A DNA stretch of 64,000 nucleotides from Eledone cirrhosa (taxonomy: Eukaryota): positions 35,526,001-35,590,000 of the forward strand of contig OZ024742.1 in the NCBI GenBank assembly GCA_964016885.1, read 5' to 3'. Below the pieces are notes generated by a model. The model was given only the letters and a program-made list of their open reading frames with translations, had not been told where the DNA came from and made no database searches. Below are positions 55,690 through 64,000 of this stretch, piece after piece. Position 1 is the first letter of the stretch, and the number at the start of each line of letters is the position of its first letter. The position numbers and the translations under genes were made by a program.

Positions 55690-56700
55690 ATAAGACGTCC
55701 ATTAAAGTACAAGTTATCTTCTTCAAAATACGACCCTTGAGAAGTCACACAGAGATTCCAATGCTTTTCCATTGATCGTAGCAGTATCGGAAGCCATTTT
55801 CCGCGAGTTCTCTTAGCTCATCGGTTACAATTTTTTGTATATTTCCCACAATCCCCAAATGATGACCCTACAGTTTCAATTTCAACTCAAGAAATCACAC
55901 GGAGCTAGATCTAGCTTGTTTAACCTAAGAAATATGTTAGAATGAATATATTTGTAGCGATTTTCCACTTGGAAGCAACAGGAATTACAAAAGGTCTTAT
56001 GCTGTCTAAACATAAATCCTAAAACTAAAATCCTGTAAATCTCGGTAATACCTTCTCCGAAATTTAAATAATCCACTTTTCACAATGAGTTAAATAGAAA
56101 AATCTGTCCAAAATTTATCTGTGGTGTGTTACGTTTGAAAACCACCTCGTGGTAGTTTTGCGTTCGTCTGTGTCTGTATTTTAATCCTCATTAATCTAAA
56201 TTAGATTCGGAACTGTTCGTTAAACGGGTTATCTATATCATACGAGGTTAGTTTTGTTGTTACTGAAAGTCTAAATATGACATTATGGTTAAGATGTTAG
56301 CTTCGCAGTCGTGTTGTTTCGGGTTCGATCCTACACGGGACTACATCTAGCTTGTAGGGATCTTGTGGAAGAGTGGGAATGTTTTTCTTCATCAGAAATT
56401 CTCTAATTACAAGTGCTTTGTCAACAGGCGAGTTACTGTAGTGCAGTACCGAATCTCCTGCAATGTCCCTTAGGACTCACTGGACCCGTTTTTGAAGAGG
56501 CAATTGAGTGTCTGTACTGGAAGTAAAAATTCTTTGCAAACATTACCACGGCTAATGAAAAAAATGATAATCATCGTTTTCACCCTGGATCTGCTCACGT
56601 GTGATTTCTTCGGACGAGAATGTTTCGTGTGTCACTTTGCCGTTTTGTCTCTGGAACCTACTCAAACACCCATGTCTCATCTCCTACTTTTAGAACCGTG
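55690..56700 (-). mobile_element. Decayed mariner transposase remnant, interrupted by an insertion
   Basis: DLAPCDF motif and C-terminal VTDELREL..GFRYCYDQW. Confidence 0.6.
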
Positions 56701-57122
56701 AAAACATAAACGAACAGTAAACTTAAACAAAATACAAGGACACACACAGGTTCATATACGAACAGACACTCATACACACCACCATAAATATAAACATATG
56801 TTTGGTTTCCACAGTATCCGTCTACTGAATTCCACTCACATGGCATTGCTCTACTTGAGGCAATCGTCAAAGGCATTTGCCGAAGAGGCAAAGCAGTGTG
56901 AATGTACACATGAAACTATGTGGTTTCAAATCGACCTTCTGAACTACAGAGCTATGCCTGCATAGCTTTAGTAAGTTAATTTTTATAATTTTCTTATTTT
57001 ACGTCTTTCATATAATTGTTCTGCATCCCCTTGCATTGAACCACAAAGTTACTAAGACAAAACCTATATATTTGCTTGCATAGGTATGCATCTGTATACA
57101 TATGTTAGTAGATATACTAATT

Positions 57123-57510
<388 letters not shown>

Positions 57511-58083
57511 ATAATAATAAATTTGAAGACTAAAATCCAAAGAGGGCTTGATAAGGATAAATATATATCAAATATATAAGAACCGTAGAGCAAAAATTTA
57601 ATATATATATATATGTACACAGGGTATCCCAAAAAATGTAGACACACTTTGATTAGAATGTTGTTGAAGTGTGTATGCATTTTTTGGGTGCCACCCAGTA
57701 TCGATATATATATTCACTTTATTAAGGCTAAATAGTGAGTCTTGTCACACGTCTTTCTTAAAGAGTCATCAGACGAGCTCTTGTCTTGCAACTCCAGAGT
57801 AAGAAGACTAATTAACCTTAATAAAATGAATATTTAAACTCTACCTTGGTATTGAATACTCTTCTCTCTCGGTAATCAACTACATACGCATATATGTGAG
57901 ACGATCCCACACACAAAACATATCTGAAGAACTTTCGATTGCAGAGTCGGGTTAAATCTGTAATAGATCTTGCCTCGAGCTGATCGATGGAGAAACATAT
58001 CCAATATGTTAATAAATGTGATATGATGTAACACTGATTCCTCGTTCTTTATAATTATAAATATATATGTGTGTGTGTGTTTG

Positions 58084-58168
<85 letters not shown>

Positions 58169-58279
58169 GGAGGCGAGTTTTATTGTAGTACAATAAAGCA
58201 ATGCAGATATCGGACAAGAAGATATGTTGATTTAAAACTGCACTATTCACAAGTGTTTAACCTTCATATCATGTCTTCC

Positions 58280-58350
58280 TATTTTATCTGATGAAAACAC
58301 AAATGTTATTGCATGATGATATTTGTTTTTGAAATGCGCATAATAAAATA
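58280..58350 (+). ncRNA. Type I hammerhead ribozyme in a (TA)n-bounded island (58165-58385)
   Basis: TATTTTAT-CTGATGA-AAACACAAATGTTATT(GCAT)GATGATATTTGTTTTT-GAAA-TGCGCA-TA/ATAAAATA; perfect 8-bp stem I, palindromic stem III. Confidence 0.85.
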
Positions 58351-58450
58351 CATGGAACTCTTTTAACCATCTTTTGATCTTATATATTATATATATATAT
58401 ATATATAATGAAAATAAAGCAAAGAAGCCTTCAATACATCAAAAGTCTTT

Positions 58451-58495
58451 ATTAGCCAACAATGTTTCGTCCTATTAAGGACTCATCAGGGCAAT
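58451..58495 (-). ncRNA. Minimal type I hammerhead
   Basis: Reverse complement of 60212-60256. Confidence 0.8.
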
Positions 58496-59769
58496 CAAAA
58501 CCACAAGAAGTACTATCGGCCAATACAAGCCGAAAACTCCGAAGACTATGGAGTGTTATACACTAAAGTATTGGAAGATTATGGGTAAAAATATATAATA
58601 AAAATCACTAAGGATGTGTATAACATTTTGAACCATATTACAAATATAGTCCAAAGCAAAAAAAACCTAGAGCTAAACAAAGGTGGTTATATAGAGCGGG
58701 AACTATATATAATACAATATAATATAATATAATATACTTGTAACAATATTAAAATAAAAATAAAAATTAAAAATTAAAATTAAAAGGCACAATATACATA
58801 TATATATATATGTACGCACACGTACGCACATATACATATACGTCAATACACATATCCATCATTAACAGCACAAATTAAACCTTATTAAGAGTTAAAATAT
58901 AAAATATTAATTTATCAAATAGGGTTTTCGAGTCTTTTATCTGGGTTGTTTCCTAAGTTTTTACTTAACTGCATGTGAGACCTAAGTAAATAGTTTTGTT
59001 TTTGTTAGTTTTAATTTCCGGTTGATTTATTTATTTATTTATTAATACTACTGTGCATTGTATTTTCTGTCTGGCCCTTATTCACTCATCCACATATATG
59101 TCTGTTTACCTACCTTGTAATTATAAATAATTATATATTATATTATGTTCATTATTTTATATTGAAGTTGTTATTGTACTATTGATCCTTATTACTTACC
59201 GTTGATTTTATGTACCATTATGATATGTTAAATTTTATATATCATGTAAGATGTTTATATTTTTGTACCATCATAATTTTGGGTATTGTACAATTTATAT
59301 TTTTTCTCACCTACTCTGTAACTCTATATGAATTGATTTGTTAACTTACATGCCATTATATATTATATATATTATTATATTATTATTATAGTATTATTGT
59401 GACATCTATATTGTTTGTGTAAATTAACCGGAGATTATCTATTATATTATATTATATATTATATAATTATATAGTTTATTATATATTATATGTGTTACTT
59501 TTAATCATTTCATTACTTCATGTATATTAGATATACGTATTATTATTATTTTTATTCCTACTATGCTTATTTATATTTTAACTCTTAATAAGGTTTAATT
59601 TGTGCTGTTAATGATGGATATGTGTATTGACGTATATGTACGTGTGCGTACGTGTGCGTACATATATATATATGTATATTGTGCCTTTTAATTTTTATTT
59701 TTATTTTTAATTTTTATTTTAATTTTAATTTTAATTTTAATATTGTTATTATATTATATTATATTATAT

Positions 59770-59950
59770 GGATTGGCAGTATCGGTAGAGGGTCGGACGC
59801 CATGCTTTCCAGCATAGTTACGTCCCTTTACGATCTGAGTTCAAATCCCGCCGAGGTTGACTTTGCCTTTCATCCTTACGGGGTCGATAAAATAAAGTAC
59901 CAGTAATGCACTGGGTAATTGCTGGCCTTGTGCCTAAAGTAGAAACAATT
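59770..59950 (+). mobile_element. Nin-type SINE inserted in (ATATT)n of the right pLTR arm
   Basis: Full consensus; absent from the left arm. Confidence 0.9.
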
Positions 59951-60211
59951 ATATTATATTATATTATATTATATTATATTATATTATATTGTATTATATA
60001 TAGTTCCCGCTCTATATAACCACCTTTGTTTAGCTCTAGGTTTTTTTTGCTTTGGACTATATTTGTAATATGGTTCAAAATGTTATACACATCCTTAGTG
60101 ATTTTTATTATATATTTTTACCCATAATCTTCCAATACTTTAGTGTATGTACACTCCATAGTCTTCGGAGTTTTCGGCTTGTATTGGCCGATAGTACTTC
60201 TTGTGGTTTTG

Positions 60212-60256
60212 ATTGCCCTGATGAGTCCTTAATAGGACGAAACATTGTTGGCTAAT
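60212..60256 (+). ncRNA. Minimal type I hammerhead
   Basis: ATTGCC-CTGATGA-GTCCT(TAAT)AGGAC-GAAA-CATTG-TT/GGCTAAT. Confidence 0.8.
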
Positions 60257-60399
60257 AAAGACTTTTGATGTATTGAAGGCTTCTTTGTTTTATTTTCATA
60301 ATTCTTCGGCTCTGTTTAATTACATTGAGCTATACCTTTTACTGTCATTTCTATAATACGAAGAGGGTGTTTAACTCCAACACGCTCCAGTATTTTAAC

Positions 60400-60449
<50 letters not shown>

Positions 60450-60451
<2 letters not shown>

Positions 60452-60624
60452 CAAAGGAATTGTGGTAAGGAACCAGATGGACCATAACGCACTAGTGTAC
60501 TCAATACTTAGGGTAGTATAGTGGGAAATAGGAAAAAGTATGACCCCGACGGCTATTTCTGGACTATTCCAGAAATAGCCGTCGAAACAGCTTGAGCTCT
60601 GCCGTCGGGGTCATACTTTTTCCT
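60450..60624 (-). mobile_element. Fold-back mini-element (family B, one arm internally deleted)
   Basis: Matches 25070-25263; a further fragment lies at 61701-61760. Confidence 0.75.
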
Positions 60625-60814
60625 ATATATATATATACATTCTCTCTCTGCCACACACTTAAATATGTGTGCGTGTGTGTGTTTGTATAATATATTATAT
60701 ATATATATATTAAAGAGTTAAACAAGTTTCAATCAGTATATCAGAGAATGAGTTTTACAGTAGATTGATTAAATCTTAACCATTTAACATCTCAGGGTAT
60801 GTCATATATCATTA

Positions 60815-60869
60815 TATTTTGTCTGATGAGGACGTACTGTTGTACCTCCGAAATATGTATAATAAAATG
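60815..60869 (+). ncRNA. Type I hammerhead in mini-element 60710-60915
   Basis: TATTTTGT-CTGATGA-GGACGTACTGTTGTACCTCC-GAAA-TATGTA-TA/ATAAAATG. Confidence 0.85.
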
Positions 60870-60951
60870 TAATTGATCGAAAGAACATCTATTTTATTAA
60901 TATTTGTATTTTAATATATATATATATATTCTCTCACTGTCACACACTTAA

Positions 60952-61028
<77 letters not shown>

Positions 61029-61588
61029 CGTGTGTACGTGTGTATATAATACGTGTGTGGGTGTGTATATAATGTACTTACAGATAGATATATAGAGAGT
61101 GGGGGAGGGATATATGTGTAGGCGGATGTTTATTTAGCCCCCATCAGTATAGATGTGTTACATAGACCCATTTTCCCATATCACTAAGATGTGTTGTCTG
61201 ACGAGAGAATTAGACAACTAAGGAAGTTCTCTACTCTTAGATGTTTGTCTTTGAAATTGTCAGTTCCATTCTTCAGAAATGACCCAATTTCTTATAGAAA
61301 ATAAAACACACATACAAATGCACACACACGTATTCACACACATAAACACGTATACCCATACGCCCTCGTACTTACACACACATACACATCTATACACACT
61401 CACACATACACTGGGACACATACACACATATGTATAGATACATACAGACACGCGCACACGCCCACTCAAACACGCACTTGTACACATTTATGAATCACAA
61501 ACCCTGTGTGCATGTGTATGTGTATTCATATGTGTACAGGACATGCACACACACGCACACACACACACACACACTGTATGTAGATATG

Positions 61589-61704
<116 letters not shown>

Positions 61705-61783
61705 AACAAGTAAGACCCCGACGGCTGAGCTCAAGCCGTTTCGACGGCTAATTCTGGACGTTATATATATATATATATATACA

Positions 61784-61814
<31 letters not shown>

Positions 61815-61820
61815 TATATG

Positions 61821-61946
<126 letters not shown>

Positions 61947-62139
61947 AATCTACCAAAATATACGGTAGTGTCCAATCCGTATGAAGAACTCAATGTAATC
62001 CAAATATCATGAAAAAAGATGCATTCACAAATTTTCGATAAAAATCACAGGAAAATAGAGTCAAGATAAATTAATAAAAACAATGAAATTAAAACAAAGA
62101 ACAAGTTCCTTATATTAAAAAATTCATCATTTTATAGAA

Positions 62140-62552
62140 TCAAAAGAAATCGCCCATTAAAGGGAAATTATCTTATTAATAACATAGTCTATAAATGTAA
62201 AATTAGCACTAAGGATTCCACTTATTCAGATATAGGAGCTACGTCTAGCTAATTTAAAATAAGATTTAATACCCACAAACATAGTTTTAAAAATGCCGCA
62301 TTAGCTAATACAATATCCTTGGCTGAAACAATTAATGATTATAGAAAGAAGAATATCGATTACAACCTGACCTGGAGCGTGCTCAAAAGGGCCACCCCTT
62401 ATCAAAATAACAGATACGAGTGTAGGTTATGCTCCCAGGAACTTTTTGAAATCATGAAATCTAAGGATATCCTATTAAATAAAAGACAGGAATTAATTAT
62501 ATCTTGCAATCATAGAATTAGAAGAACCTTCAAATATTATAAACCTAATTAA
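62140..62552 (+). pseudogene. GIY-YIG domain relic homologous to the C-terminus of ORF 1087-3312
   Basis: NNIVYKC..IGATSS*FKIRFNTHKHSF..W.VL..CRLCSQE..LLNKRQELIISCNHR..TFKY. Confidence 0.85.
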
Positions 62553-63252
62553 TATACACCTTAATCTTATATTTTACAAGTTATTATAATTGTTTTTTTT
62601 TTATTTAGTTAACCTATAATTAGTATCTTACTACAGAGAACTTCATAATTTTATTTCCCTCTTACAGCTCTCTTTTCCTAAAATTAATACCTAAAAGTAT
62701 ACCTATAATTTAATTTAATTTCCTGTTATGTATCTAGATTCCTTGTAGTTTAAATAAGATTAGTATTTCTCACTACTACCCTTATCCCAAAATTTTACTT
62801 TCCTTCGTTTTTAACAACACTCTTTAATAACATCTAATTCTTATTTATCACATTCATATGAATTAATATAACTTTATCCCTATAAGTATACCTATCAATT
62901 AATTTAATTTCTTGTTATAGATCTAGATTCCTTGTGGTTTAAATAAGATTGGTATTTCTCACTAATACCCTTACTGTAAAATGTTATTTTCCTTCGTTTT
63001 TAACATTATTCTTTAATAACATCAAATGTTCGTGTGCCTTTCACTATCTTCTTGGCTTGACCTCTTTTCATCCCCAAAGTATTCTTTTCATTCAAAACAT
63101 AAGTCTGCACCCCTCTACCCCTAAATTAAATTTCTACTACTACTATTCTATCAACTTGACCTCTAACTACTTTTCTATTGGTCAATTCAAAACCTGTTCC
63201 CAAACAGATCTTTTATATTAAATCTTTGTTTGTTTTTTTCAATAAACACATC

Positions 63253-63388
63253 TCATCATTTCTGAGGACGGCATGTATATGTGAAGGTATGTATATTTCC
63301 TCTGATAATTTGTAATATTTTTACATAGATCTATATGATATACATACCAACACACATATACATCCCAGAAACGATCGTAAAATGATGA
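63253..63388 (+). ncRNA. Type I hammerhead with ~100-nt stem II
   Basis: TCATCATTT-CTGAGGA-C-GGCATGTATATGTG..GGTATGTATAT...ATATACATACC..CACATATACATCCC-A-GAAA-CGATCG-TA/AAATGATGA; perfect 9-bp stem I. Confidence 0.8.
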
Positions 63389-63435
63389 TTTTTTAAATAT
63401 AAGGAACTTGTTCTTTGTTTTTATTTCATTGCTTT

Positions 63436-63495
<60 letters not shown>

Positions 63496-64000
63496 AAAAA
63501 GGGATGAAATCGAAAATGCAACTGAAGTCTTATTTTTTTTTTTTAAATATATATATTTATTTGGTTCCTTTACCGGTTTCGCAGTTCTTCTGTTTTTCAA
63601 AAGGTGAGTTGAGATGGAGGGTCTGTGGTTTTTCTCACATCTGGTTGGTCTCTGAATGTTACTTGTTTTATATGGAAAAAGTGGCTCGAAATTCCAGGTT
63701 TTTCGAGAAGTAATTTGATTGGTTTGTCAATAATTATAATAAATTTCGCGCCAGTTCGCGTTTCTGAACTCTGACACCCCGGTGAGCTGGCCATATTCAC
63801 TGAACCAGAACATTTCTCCCAATCCCTTTTCTCTTGACCACTATCTCTCCATTGTCATAACATTCACTATAAAGACTACAGAATAGTTTTCCAAATAAGG
63901 GCGCAAAAATGTAATAAAAACTTGTTCACGTGACAGCCAAATTTCATTTATAACCAACCAAAAAAAAGCCTTCGTGAGCCTCCTTTTTTCAAGTAAAAAG

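Larger units (their letters stand above)
58406..60403. mobile_element. Non-coding PLE derivative with ~500-bp inverted pLTRs
   Basis: Arms 58406-58903 and 59570-60301 (the latter interrupted by a SINE); hammerhead in each; tail runs to (TA)n. Confidence 0.85.

Overview
AT-rich, microsatellite-saturated eukaryotic DNA. The tRNA/Nin-type SINEs and long (TA)n, (CA)n and (TATG)n tracts suggest a mollusc, most likely an octopus; this is an inference. One host gene is visible on the minus strand: a signal-peptide exon plus two exons that join into one complete CUB domain, with the gene continuing past the left edge. Bases 1-4767 are a young, apparently intact Penelope-like retroelement (PLE). It has a 741-aa RT + C-terminal GIY-YIG ORF between ~1.04-kb direct repeats (pseudo-LTRs), each carrying a type I hammerhead ribozyme, and it ends in (TA)n. 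The main hidden signal is a dense set of hammerhead motifs: about 12 well-formed and several decayed copies from roughly 10 sequence families. Nearly all sit in short non-coding PLE derivatives bounded by (TA)n. Many are fold-back palindromes whose apex lies inside the ribozyme, and two related families share an unusual CUGAGGA core with a very long stem II. Also present: R4-, RTE- and CRE-like LINE relics, an LTR relic, mariner/hAT/Tigger/Helitron-like elements, many SINEs and minisatellites. Most ORFs in the supplied track are microsatellite artefacts. Coordinates were read by eye, so repeat edges are approximate.
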